Assembly (NCBI GenBank): GCA_024704765.1
Contig: JAKMXF010000062.1
Coordinates: 1-41,161 of the forward strand
Reading direction: 5' to 3'
Length of the DNA: 41,161 bases
Source of the DNA: Oopsacas minuta
Lineage: Eukaryota > Animalia > Porifera
The notes under the pieces were generated by a model. That model saw only the letters and a list, made by a program, of their open reading frames with translations, was not told the DNA's origin and did not search any database. How positions within the stretch are numbered: position 1 is the first letter of the stretch; each line of letters begins with the position of its first letter. Made by a program: the position numbers and the translations under genes. Positions 26,201-37,493 of the stretch are shown piece by piece.

Positions 26201-29200
26201 CAAGGATCTGAGGTTGTCTTTCCAAGTTCTACTGTACTATGTAGCCATGTGACATGTAACTACTGATCTACTTCTGTTGCTCAACCATGAATTTAGCTGG
26301 GAGGGCTTTAATTAGTTAGGCGCCGGCTGGAACCAATCATATTTATTTGGTTCAAATAATGGCGCCTGAATTAGAATGAATACGGTACAATATTTCCAGT
26401 CGCACCTGATTGTCCGATTTTTGTCAATAAGGAACTAGAATTCGGATAATTGGTTACCCAACGGTCATTTTATAGCTTAACTCCTGCAGGAATACAAGGA
26501 AAAGATAAAGAAAGAGCTGGACGAAATTTGTGAGAATATTTTGAAGAATTTGGATGAGTACCTTCTTTCCCAAGAGATAGGATTATCGGCAGAGTACAAA
26601 GTGTTTTATCACAAAATGTTAGTTGCAATTTGTATTATACAATAACTTGTTTATGTTCTAAGCGTTAAAAACACCCAAAAGGGCTTTGAATCTAAATAAT
26701 CTTATAAATATGGAATATTCCAAAAATTTTTTGAAAGATTTCTAATATTAATTATAACTGACACTAAATACAGTGCAAACCTCTATAAGCTGGCAATTTT
26801 AGGTATAGCAGCAGCAGAAAGTAGGATAGTATCTTTGTTCTCATTGTTTATGATATCTAATGTTCAAGAATGTTTGAATTCATCTTTAGTCTTCGCAACT
26901 AAAAGTGGCATGCCTATTTGTGCTACTTGTCAATTGTGGCAGAGTATTCAAATACCATTGGCATTGTAGTGTACGTACAAACCAAATGAGTTGGTTTGAT
27001 AGGTAGTGTGAATATCTGTGGAATTTTGTACACTTGAGTATTTCTCTTAAACTTTAGCTAATGGTACAACAACCAAAGCCGCTCGTTCGCTGATATTTAA
27101 GGTTATAGGAATGTTATTAATTGGCGAGGCTGGAATGATAATATCATTAGAGATGTGCAAAGAGCAGTGACGTATTTTTATCTAATATTCCATTGATTCA
27201 GTATTATTCGAATTGTTAGGCCTTCCTGTAATGTGTTATATTATGGTTACTATGGTTACTATACCAATTACTATGTACTGTAAGGTATTTATAAGAGCGA
27301 AAAATTCACTTTGATAAATAGTGAGACACATAACCAAAAAGATTTAAGAACTAGCTTCTTAATCTGTATTATTAAATCTCTATTGTTGTTTGTTTGTTTG
27401 TTTGTTTGTTTGTTTGTCCGTTGTCAAGGAAAGGATTTACGGTATGCAATTTTGAAATTGTCTCATAACTATGTATTTATGGTGTTTATCAAGGAAGTAA
27501 ATAGAATTCAATAAAACTTCACTAAATATATCGAACATGCTGAATCCGACTTTCACCCCTTTGGTTAAATCATATGTAAATTTATTGTTGTTTTTATGAA
27601 TGTAAAGTACACAAATGATCCAAAAACTCGTGAATAGTAAAATTCCAAAAGAAATTCAGGCTACATATATACTTTTATAGGTAAGGAAAGAGTACAGGGA
27701 GAATTGTCAGTGGTTGAACCGCTAGCTCTAGCTGTAATTCATTCCATAACAATAGACAAACAACAATTGAATTTACTAATATATCAATATCCACTGTATC
27801 ATGTATACACAAACAATATGTGAATAAGATGAAGTCTGTAATTGCGTCAGCAAACCGATTAGCCCTCGATTATCCCTCGATTATCCAAATACCTTTGTCA
27901 TACACTTTCCGAGGGTCTACTAGTTCTCCACTAAACAATTTTATTTCAATTACGACAAACAGCAAACAATATAGATTGTATGATATGAACTGTGTTAATT
28001 ACCCTTGTGTTTAGGAAGGGAGATTACTGTCGCTATATGGCTGAATACAAAAAAGATGATCCACGTACAAAGGCTGCTGACGATGCTTCTGCAGCTTACG
28101 AAACAGCTCATAAAGTGGCAATAAGTGAAGATGGTCTTGCATCCACACATCCAATACGACTCGGGTAATTTCTTGATAGAAAACTCCAAAGTATAATAAA
28201 TATTATTTACCTAACACCTTATTTCCTCATAGACTAGCTCTTAACTACTCAGTGTTTCACTACGAGATCAGTAACAACCCAGAAAAGGCATGTGAACTGG
28301 CCAAGAAGGCGTTTGATGATGCTATCGCAGAGTTGGATAGTCTGAAAGAGGATGATTATAAAGATTCTACTTTAATAATGCAGTTGTTAAGAGATAACAT
28401 TACTCTGTGGACATCTGATATGCCGGATGGTGAGTAGCATGGGAGCAAATAGGGCAGTGGTGGTGGGAAAACTGGGCAGTTTGCCCGTACATGAAAATCC
28501 TGGCCCCGCCCCTGAACTAGGGTCATTTTAGTTTGACTCAATCATAATACAAAATGTAAACGGCAGGTGGCGTGACGTCATCATTGCCCCAGATTCATGA
28601 GCCTAGTAGCTCCAATGGTAAGAACAGCTGATATAGAGATATAAGAAGAAATACTCGTTACGTTATAAATTCAACATCTTGGATAAATCACGAAATAAAC
28701 TGTTGTAAGACATCTCGGGGTGAGATATCGGAATACAAAATTGCATATCATAATTAAGAGTTAATAATATCGTACACACACACACACACATATACATACA
28801 GTATACTAAGCTTAATAAGGTCACGTCAAGTCAGACGATTTGACCCGTAGTCCTCAAATAACTGATTGTGTATTTATTTGTTTGTTTGTTTGTTTGTTTA
28901 TCAGATACAACTGAAGAACCAACAGGAGATCAGTCTTAACTACTGGCTTATCACCAGTAACTTCTACTGTATTATTTGTTAGCTAGATTTTGTATATGTT
29001 AAGTAGTAGTTGGTTATTATTATTATTTAGCAACACATTGTATGGTTGTTTATTATTTTACATTAATCTGGGAAATTAAATGGTGGATAGATATTCTGCT
29101 ATGTGTAATCAATTGTTCTAAACAAATCTCACAGATAGAAAGATATGAAGTATACAGCCGTGTAAAGAACAAAACAAACATCATTCACACTATCCCACAA

Positions 29201-32200
29201 ACTGTGAACAAAATACAGCCACTGACTGTCATGTTGCTCTCCACAAATTATGATATAACTAGACTGCAATACATAATTTGAGATCCCGTAGCACCCTGCT
29301 GTGGTCAGGGGACCTCTGATGGGTTTATTAACACCAAGTTGAGAACCGATGCCTTAGTACAATAAATATTTTGGTGAGTTTGGCCATACATAAACAACAA
29401 TCCGTAAGGGTTAAGATGAATCAAAAGTGCAGTACCCTCAGTGTCCCCCGGAACGACCGCCCCCTTGCCCCCTCCCTTCGGTACGTCCTTGAGTTTGCTC
29501 TATCCCTTACCCTCCTCTAAATTAAGTAACAACCCCAAAAGAGTAATGACAGTTACCTGTGAGCATATAGTGAGTAGTATCCCTTCACCTTCAAACAAAC
29601 TCTTGTATGTATTCTTCTCTGCTACACGAGCTAGGAAGTCTATAGCGTTACACATAAGGATATCATATTTAGCCTTCAAACCTGTGCTTACAAGTAATGT
29701 CCATATATCTTCTACGAATCTTGGTAGATAATCCTAACACAAACAAAACATATCACTAGCAATTGGAATGCAGCGATAATTGTCATTTTTGTGGAATTTT
29801 AATTACAAAAATTAAACTAACTTCTATTACAAATGTCAAATCAGATAATTATACTTATTTTCGTAATCAGTGATTAGTTCACCGTCGTTTAAGCGGCCAC
29901 ATGACTGTAATTGGAAATATCTTTTCCACAGCAACGCAAGAAGGTCTCAAGAATGTGTCAAGACTCCATTCTCCAGAACCTATCCAAACACTACCGGGTG
30001 ACACCTTGTTTATCGCAGGTCGACGAATTGAGCCTCTTTATTCACATATCAGCCCTCTAAATGATCTTCTAACTCAATTATTGTCTCTAATTTTCAGAAA
30101 AATACTATAATATAATTATAACTGATAAATCGAATCCTCATTTCCCCAATATTATCATCCCTCATCTGTTTGTTTGGATAAAGACACTCAATTAAGCAGA
30201 TAGGTACAACTTCCCTCTCAAAGGGTTTGTAATAAATAATCGCCCCTATTATTTGAGGTAGTTTTGTATATCTACAAGGAGTTTGGCCGTGTCATTTACA
30301 AGAATAAATCTAATAAGAAATTAAACATAAATACAAACCTTAAAATCTTCATCAAACTTCTGTGCATAGAGAGCTACATTATCACATACTTGTGACTTAA
30401 TCAGCTGTAATACTCCTACTTCTGTGTCTATGTCTGTCTCAACCAGCTGATTCTCCAGCTGTAACAGCTGATGGAATATCTCCATCCATACTTGCATGTT
30501 CTCCTCAAAATGATCGGGTAGCTCCTGGTAGTTTAAACTATATGAATATAGATTCATAAATCACGGCTATTTAGAAATATTACTTAATGACTTATGGTGT
30601 TACTTAGCAATAATACCAGTGGGTACTACACCGAGAAAAACCTATGATCATATATGGCAACATTATCACATGCAAAGAGACTTCTAGTATTCCATCACAG
30701 GCGTAATTCCCTAATACAATTAATGCATTAGATGCGATAATACGTATTATTCTAGCGGATAGCTGTTACGGCATCTCTCAAGGGCTTTAGAAATGTTGTA
30801 ACAGAGTTACATAGATTTGCTCTATCTCTATCCACTAAATATTAATTCAGTTTCTATCAAAGCATGCCAGCACTTTTGAATATATTAGTTATTGTTAGGA
30901 CAGAATTATTATGTGAAATAATCTAGAAAAAAATAGCAGAAAAGAAAAGAAAAATTAAATTTCCTTCTGTGTCCTTTAAATATTACTTATTATTATATTT
31001 AATATATATTAAAGCAAAATAAAGACAAATTTGGGTTTTACTAATCTTGTTAGAGATTAATAATGTTAAACTCTAATTCTTCGTCTCTGTTTACCTCTAA
31101 TTAACAAGTGAAAGCTAATCTCTAGGATTATTTTGAAATGTTTAACAAAAGGTGTGAAATATGATTAATCAGTGTATATACATTTAATAGAATGTATTAA
31201 CCAATAGAATTACAGTCTCCATCAATACAAATACATTACAGAGCTAATTAAATTACAAACATTCCATCAGAACTAATTCATGAATTTATGGATAATTGTA
31301 ATACCTACAATCTGATTGGGTTAAATACAGAGGTGTCAAAAGGTGTGAAAATATACACATTAGAAATTATTCACATGTCTGGAGCACAACTAGATGTCAC
31401 TACGAGTATACATGCCAAATTTGGTGTCTTAATCTCTAAAGGTGTGAACAGCAGAGCGAAAACACCTTCCATGTTTTCCCCGAACACATACACTGAAATG
31501 TAATTCAGGTATACGTACCTACAGCTGATACAGAAAATTGATTGGCTTAGACATAGCCTATGACTTGGAGCAAATACATTAACTAATTTACTTTTGATTC
31601 TGACAACACAATCTACTATCAGGAATGTATTAATAAGATCATTGATGAGTGAAGTGCTAATTATATAATTATGGTTTTCGATATCCAACTCTCCACCAAC
31701 TCACGACTGTGGTTGAAGTTACCACTATCGATAGTTTAACAGTTCTAAACTATACTGTAAGCTGACAAAGCTATTACTCTCATACTACCAACAGTATTCG
31801 TACATAAACAAACCTATGAAATATCTTAGTACAGAGAAGGACAGATTCGTATAAGATAGAAATAACTTTAATATCCTCTTTATGAGTCTGACAGAGCTCT
31901 ATTGTAGTCACGAACAGATTAGTGAACGGATCAGCAAAGTTCTCAAGGACAAATTTTATTTCTTCCCACAGTGTCTGATTCTTTATTTCATATCTAAACA
32001 ACAACAAATTAGTAAACAGAATGTATCATGGAATTGATTATTAACTAATGATGAGGTTAAATATTGAGCCATGGGTAACTAATGACCTACCGAGGTTTTG
32101 ATGTATTTTGAATTCATATATACATATATTACTGAATGATTCGTAATGTCTTCACTTTGTTGATTACGCTAAGATATATTCCGAAATGGGTGATGGGCGG

Positions 32201-33185
32201 ATGGCGAACACGATGGGTCACCAATGGCGACACATGGTCCATTCTGATTTGATATTAATAAGGCACAAAGTACAGAGATAAATAACCAAATTCTGTGATT
32301 ACACCGCTACAGTGAAATCACAGAATACAATTGGAAGAATTTAAGAAGGACCATGGATAATAAATTCATAAAATTTACACTATTAAGTGAATTCATAGAG
32401 GTGTCAATCCTCACTCCTGGATCTGAAGTGAGTCTCATTTTATCTTTTGCATTCTTGTTTTGAAATTCTATAAATTTAATGCTTTAACCATGAAGATAAC
32501 ACGAAAAGAACAGTGTTAGGCTATTATGGCAGCTAAATCTTATTAATAATCCTCTATTTCTTTAACAAAACTAGCTTAAATAATAATAATCTTGAATATC
32601 TCACAGATATAAAGTTTCATTGACAACTATATGAATTTTAGGCATATAGTGCGGGGTATATCCCGTTGCATAGCAACCAAAAGCATTAAGAATATTTCAT
32701 AATTAAGCCAACCAGTAGGACTGTTTGCGTGTCAGAATTGCTGCCTGTATTACTGGTACCATGGATATTCATAATTTAAGTCAGAATTAGTTAACCGACA
32801 AAACTTACTCAATAGCGTAATACAATTAACCACTACTCACACCACCTCAAACTAACACATGTCTATATAACTGCTAGCAAGCTAAGTATGCTAGTTCTAT
32901 TGAATAAACATTTGTTAAGGAAATGATTATGTGGAAATTCGGAATTCGGCAAATCCGTGTATTAACAGTGTACCTGTATTTCTTGAATAGAGAGTGTGCT
33001 GTCTGTAGAGCTCCGTTAATAGCATGGAAGTCTCCTGATTGTAGTTTAGAGGTTAATTCTCCTAACAGGCCTGACCAATCCTTGGGGAAGTCTCTCTTAC
33101 CGATTATACTGATAGCATCTGATATCTGCTTCTGTACTATATCAGGACTGACGAGCATTACAGACACGACATGTTGTTTTATTGT
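14201..33185 (-). CDS. CSE1L: Exportin-2 / CSE1L (CAS), partial: 11 exons, about 772 codons; N-terminal ~90 aa and C-terminal ~100 aa not found
   Basis: Exons (minus strand): 33185-32974, 31993-31814, 30537-30339, 29733-29557, 23266-23179, 22905-22792, 21669-21317, 20668-20456, 17032-16889, 16030-15845, 14650-14201 (last donor ambiguous, 14205 also possible). All are GT-AG and phase-compatible. The translation carries CSE1 motifs [59 protein letters not shown] and [16 protein letters not shown]. Confidence 0.92.
14913..15179. mobile_element. hAT-like MITE in CSE1L intron
   Basis: CAGGGGTTGGCAAAACT ... AGTTTTCCCACCCCTG imperfect TIRs; no 8-bp TSD recognisable. Confidence 0.45.
17160..17340. 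repeat. Dispersed ~180-bp repeat with internal inverted repeat; inverted partner at ~24942..25122
   Basis: Shared core CTATGTTCGAGGAAAGGTCATT..GAATGAGGGTATGGGG; accounts for the similar ORFs MFEERSF at 17216 and 24838. Confidence 0.8.
17595..17763. mobile_element. TA-flanked MITE (family 1), copy 2
   Basis: TA|CAGTAGAGTCTCCGAATAACAGACAC ... GTGTCCATTTTGGGAGACGCCATTG|TA; reverse orientation relative to 1646..1816. Confidence 0.8.
17786..18600 (+). pseudogene. Decayed NHL-repeat (beta-propeller) gene nested antisense in a CSE1L intron
   Basis: Segments [58 protein letters not shown] and QLIHTIG..GHRRGEF are NHL-type repeats, separated by stops and frameshifts. Confidence 0.8.
19273..19660. 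repeat. 39-bp direct repeat pair (19273..19311 and 19622..19660)
   Basis: CAGGAATATATGAGAAC(C/A)GTATTCCAGAGGATGGTGCTT, 38/39 identical. Confidence 0.8.
19802..20373. mobile_element. Long-TIR (fold-back type) element with CACTG..CAGTG termini
   Basis: About 120 bp of the left end (CACTGTACAAC..GAGAACCTGAT..TTTTGCTCAATCACGCAAC) is the reverse complement of the right end. The right arm carries a 32-bp tandem duplication at 20264..20334. No TSD is visible. Confidence 0.7.
21940..22245. repeat. Repeat family B (..TATGCTGATTCCGA.. units, three diverged tandem units)
   Basis: Related segments at ~1990..2045 (inverted), ~27530..27620 and ~35505..35590 share GCTGATTCCG and/or CATATGTAAATTTAT..TAAAGTAAACAAAT. 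Boundaries approximate. Confidence 0.55.
24143..28939 (+). CDS. YWHA: 14-3-3 protein, 260 aa, six exons, nested antisense inside a CSE1L intron
   Basis: join(24143..24212,25869..26071,26490..26617,28015..28164,28233..28429,28905..28939) = 783 nt; all GT-AG and phase-compatible. Motifs: [57 protein letters not shown] and [19 protein letters not shown]. Isoform not assignable. A possible short 5'-UTR intron lies at 24089..24125. Confidence 0.95.
24354..24496. repeat. Minisatellite, 24-bp unit x6 (14-3-3 intron 1)
   Basis: Unit AGTCTGTTCCCGGGTATACGAGTT; the last two copies are 23 bp. Confidence 0.95.
24590..24787. mobile_element. MITE with CATACTTGCCAAC-type TIRs and 6-bp TSD
   Basis: TACTGT|CATACTTGCCAAC ... 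GTTGGTAAGTTTG|TACTGT; TIR 11/13; internal GCGGGAC/GTCCCGC repeats. Confidence 0.7.
25629..25836. repeat. Minisatellite, 26-bp unit x8 (14-3-3 intron 1)
   Basis: Unit TGATGTGACACCAGGTATAATAAGTG; produces the three overlapping repetitive minus-strand ORFs at 25545..25821. Confidence 0.95.
26110..26371. mobile_element. MITE in 14-3-3 intron 2
   Basis: TA|ATTCAGGCGCCGTTAT ... ATAATGGCGCCTGAAT|TA; TIR 15/16; the exact TSD/terminus split is ambiguous. Confidence 0.65.
31025..31464. repeat. Dispersed repeat family A, copy 2 (CSE1L intron)
   Basis: Reverse complement of ~2205..2635 and same orientation as 36925..37298. Confidence 0.85.
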
Positions 33186-33200
33186 CTGTAGAATAACACT

Positions 33201-33454
33201 GATTACAAGAATATAGTGGATGCTGGTTATAAGAATATAGTGGATGCTGGTTATAAGAATATAGTGGATGCTGGTTATAAGAATATAGTGGATGCTGGTT
33301 ATAAGAATATAGTGGATGCTGATTACAAGAACATAGTGGATGCTGGTTACAAGAACATAGTGGATGCTGGTTACAAGAACATAGTGGATGCTGGTTACAA
33401 GAACATAGTGGATGCTGGTTACAAGAATATAGTGGATGCTGGTTATAAGAATAT
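33201..33454. repeat. Minisatellite, 24-bp unit x~10.5 (CSE1L intron)
   Basis: Unit AAGAATATAGTGGATGCTGGTTAT; reads as (DAGYKNIV)n only because the unit length is a multiple of 3. Confidence 0.95.
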
Positions 33455-34370
33455 GAAAGGAATATTGCTTATAAGAATAATATTTATAACTGTGAGTTCT
33501 TTAGATATACACGAGTATTAGAAACCGTGTATACAGAATGATTCCTATAACCAGCATAGATTATACAAGAGTATACGGAAACTGTGTTTCTAGTATTATG
33601 TTCTTATATCCGGTAATAATTCAATGGAGTAGATGTTGGACCAGGGATGAGTGAATAATAGAGGATATTCAACTTTGTGGGTTTCGTACACAAAATAGTA
33701 GATGGATGATATTGATCAATTCAGCCACACAAATTTATCATTAAAATATACACAAAACATAACACCAAACAAATGGCAATGACTTGAGGGAGGCATGGTC
33801 TACCCCCAGTAGCTACATAAGAGCTCCAGTATTACCACAAAAGGCCATTAAGTGTGATTTGGATGGACCATGGATAATATAAATTAATATTTGGACAAAG
33901 AATTAACCTTGAGGCAAGTAGTGCTGGTCGGGGAGCGACCAAAAGCAACAAGAAATTTAGCAGTTTCATATATACTTAAGCTAACCTGAGGCACTAAGCT
34001 ATCACGTAACGATACTCCTAAACTACAACCAGAAGGTGGTCATACATCTGGGTAACACCCAACAGACAGTATTCCCTAATACATTAGTGATCTACAGTCA
34101 AATGGGAACAAAATTCAAATAATCTACAATTTCAGGCCAGGACCAATCTTATACTGACCATCATATCTACTCTCTTACATTCACTTAAGAGGATCAAAAT
34201 TTCTATGACAGGGCGAGTATTCAGAAATATTCTGGGTAAAGAAAGTACCTACAAAGGTGATATATGTACAGTGGTGTATTCTGTCATAAACAGAATGTAA
34301 AGTATAATAACAGAGAGAAATGAACAGTAACCGTAACCTTACTACATAAACATACCAGTCTGTCCTGAAG

Positions 34371-34389
34371 CTGTCTCTTATACACATCT
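34371..34389. other. Tn5 mosaic end / Nextera adapter contamination
   Basis: Exact CTGTCTCTTATACACATCT, followed by 20 nt identical to 27819..27838 and then an N at 34410. Confidence 0.95.
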
Positions 34390-35958
34390 TGTGAATAAGA
34401 TGAAGTCTGNCTTCTCATAAGAAGAAACAACTAATTTTAGCACATTCTATGGAATATACATTATGAGATCCTGTGTATCTCAGGTTTGTAACAGCTGTGG
34501 ATTATCATATACAAGTACAGTCAACTCCTGCTCGGATACATAGAAATACTTATACTGAATTATGGAACATCATCAATGGAATACCGACAATTCGCACCTA
34601 ATTTGATTGGTCAATTGATTTGACAATTATTTCAATTTATATTATAGGGAAATAATGAATTGTTAACAAGTAATAACTGTACCGTAACTAACTACTATTG
34701 TAAACTACTAGTACCTGGAAGTTGCTTCCATTTCTTTAAAAGCTGAATTCATTATAGCAGAATAAGATAGTATAATTGTAGTTAGATGCTATATTCACTT
34801 ACTTCTTTTTAAGTGGAATTTTGGTATATTACTAATATCCGATTTGTTTACAACGAGAGTTCACGGTATTAGTAACTCTGCCACCACCAAAAGTTCACCG
34901 AGCGTCCGAACATAGAGTTTAGAGGGCAATTGGTTACAAATCAAATCGATGTCATAATCCAAAGGTTTCCCATGGCTCTATTGTAGGCTAACAACCAGTC
35001 TAACCGCAGATCCCTTCCTAGAACCAGGGCCGGGTTAAAACATAGGGGCCCGTACTTCGAGGGGTAAATTTGACTAAGGGAATGGATTTAATCAATCCAG
35101 TATTTTGTAATTTCTCTATTAGACCATGTAATATATTACATGGTTTTCATCCTGAATTTCTTCGAAAAATTGGATGGCGGATGATGGTTTTATTGAGTTA
35201 ATTCGTAATATATTGTTTAAACCTTCGGTTATCTCGTCACTTTCTCTCTGGGTATATCTTATATATTTAAACTCTATCATTTTTTTGCTTGTCCGAATTG
35301 ATAGAGGAACTGGTTTGAGATACAGACTTGAAATTTGATACGGGGTGGGGAATGACGTTTCTAGAAACATGTTTAAATATCTAATGAAAATATTCACACC
35401 TTCTCACATAGTTTATATATATTTGTTGTTATGTACATACTTAGGGGTTATTAATACAATAATTCAAAAAGGTTTAAAATTATACTTCTAAAGGCTATAA
35501 TTGGGTAATCGAGTATGCCAAATATGATTCTTAGCATCATGTGATCAATTTGTTTTGTTATTTGTGTACATAAAGTAAACTAATTTCAAAAAGTTCGTAT
35601 ACTTTTAACGGCTACAGAGGTAATCGAGTGTTCGAATAGCATATCGTGAATATTCGACATAGACTACCCCGTTAGTGCCAGGAAATTAACCCTTTTAGGT
35701 TTCTAATCGATAACAAGTCAGATGAATCAAGTAAAGTTATAAATAAACTCTATTGCATGTCTAATATGTCTACAAAGTAATGGAATAAATTATGATAAAG
35801 TATAATTATATGTCTAAAGAATATGAAAAGAGAGTGAGAAAGATCAAGAGAGGTGCAACTACCGCATCATAACCACTGTTCTTCTTCCATGGTAGCTGCA
35901 CCTCAATAGAAAGGATAGAGGAGTGGAGTGGAGTGAGGGGAGGAAGGAGGTGTGGCGC

Positions 35959-36195
35959 ATTGGTTATGTGAGCGAAGAGGAGTTTGCAAAGCTAGAGTTC
36001 ATACCAAAGGGATAGTGATAGTCAAGCGCACGAATGAGCACTCCCGTGCTTTCCTCTTCATGCCTGCCTTCGCTTCACAACAGCCCGCTGCCTACTCGTC
36101 AGGACCATGGGAGTGCTCATTCGTGCGCTTGACTATCACCATTCCTTTGGTATGAACTCTAGCTTTGCAAACTCCTCTTTGTTCACATAACCAAT
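35959..36195. repeat. Fold-back inverted repeat: 87-bp arms, 63-bp spacer
   Basis: 35959..36045 versus the reverse complement of 36109..36195: 83/87 identical. Confidence 0.92.
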
Positions 36196-36313
36196 ACGTC
36201 ACATCTGCAACTCTCCTCTGTACTCCAAAAAAAGATCCACTCTCGAACAGCTTATCTCCTCCTCTTTGTGACTTGATCAGCCTAACCGTCGGCTGATCAA
36301 AAGGTTCCGCCAT
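36046..36313 (-). pseudogene. 5' remnant of a FLYWCH-domain protein, probably a MULE transposase
   Basis: MAEPFDQPTVRLIKSQRGGDKL..YWLCEQRGVCKARVHT..KRTNEHSHGPDE*AAGCCEAKAGMKRKARE: FLYWCH-type W-x-C..C-x-A..H-x-H motif, an in-frame TAG, then truncation at a fold-back junction. Confidence 0.7.
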
Positions 36314-36924
36314 GAAGGATAGTCAAATTTCAAATACATAATGTTATAAGTAATATTGAGAAAACGAATCTGAGTTTGAACTAGATCATTTTCTACTTAT
36401 GTCCGAGGATTGCCAATATCATAGGTGATCACATCCTGTTTACTACATTCCTCTTTACCAAATATGGCCCTAAGAGTATTTACTTCGTGTGTGTTTACTT
36501 ACTTTAGCAATCTTTTCAATTCATATCGTTAAATGGATTCCATTAGAATGGATGTAATCTAAAATTAGGATTATCTATCCAATTTAAAGACTTGTCCGTT
36601 TGCAGAAATAATTATTAGAAAATGGACTAATTATGTGTACTAGAGTATATTAATTACTTAATAAATATCATACCAAATTGACCAATCAATAAAGGTGCGA
36701 ATTGTCGGTATCCGAATAGGCTATTAGGGTGGGAGATATCCTAAAAGCCATCCATTCCATTTGTTATAAAACTCAAATCGCCGTCTGTACCGACAAATAA
36801 CATTTTAGTGAATTATTGAAACTATATTATTCTACAAAATTCCATTTTAGCAAGGAAAGACATATTTGAGTTTTCCTAATCTTTTAGACAATTAAATATG
36901 TTAAAATTGAATTAAATGTACACT

Positions 36925-37298
36925 AAAAGGTGTGAAATATGATTAATCATATGATTAATCAGTGTATATACATTGAATAGAATGTATTAACCAATAGAAT
37001 TACAGTCTCCATCAATAAAATACATTACACTAATTAAATTACAAACATTCCATCAGAACTAATTTATGAATTTATGGATAATTGTAAAACCTACAATCTG
37101 ATTGGGTTAAATACAGAGGTGTGAAAAGGTGTGAAAATATACACATTAGAAATTATTCACATGTCTGGAGCACAACTAGATGTCACTACGAGTATACATG
37201 CCAAATTTGGTGCCTTAATCTCTAAAGGTGTGAACTGTAGCGCGAAAACACATATATGTATGTTGTTATATCTCAAATATTGTATATTTGTTTGCTTG
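36925..37298. repeat. Dispersed repeat family A, copy 3
   Basis: Near-identical reverse complement of ~2150..2515; ends at an N (37299). Confidence 0.85.
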
Positions 37299-37493
37299 NG
37301 AAATACTTATACCGAATTATGGAATATCATCAATATGGTACCAAACCTTCTAAGTAATATAAATTTAATCGTTTAAGCCGCAAGAATACATTTATGAAAT
37401 AATCTGTGTTAGTTGTAAATAATGGAAATAATCAATATACTAATGTTCAGGTAAACACGTCTGTGTAGAGAGTAAACAAAAATACAAATAAAG

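Noticed and set aside
28601-28645. tRNA-like start GCCTAGTAGCTCCAATGGTAAGA
   Set aside because: Only an A-box/D-arm-like half is present; no T-loop (GTTCRA) or acceptor stem. At most a SINE head fragment.
33216-33521. ORF encoding (DAGYKNIV)n as a repeat protein
   Set aside because: It is an open frame only because the 24-bp minisatellite unit lacks a stop; it lies antisense in a CSE1L intron and has no ATG start.
34880-34980. Peptide LYVRTLGELL as a downstream USP39 exon (cf. LVQRFGELM)
   Set aside because: Only a few matching residues, no continuation into the conserved KLWNPRNFK motif, and no clear splice sites.
35119-35397. 92-aa minus-strand ORF
   Set aside because: No motif recognised and no splice partners identified; left uncalled.
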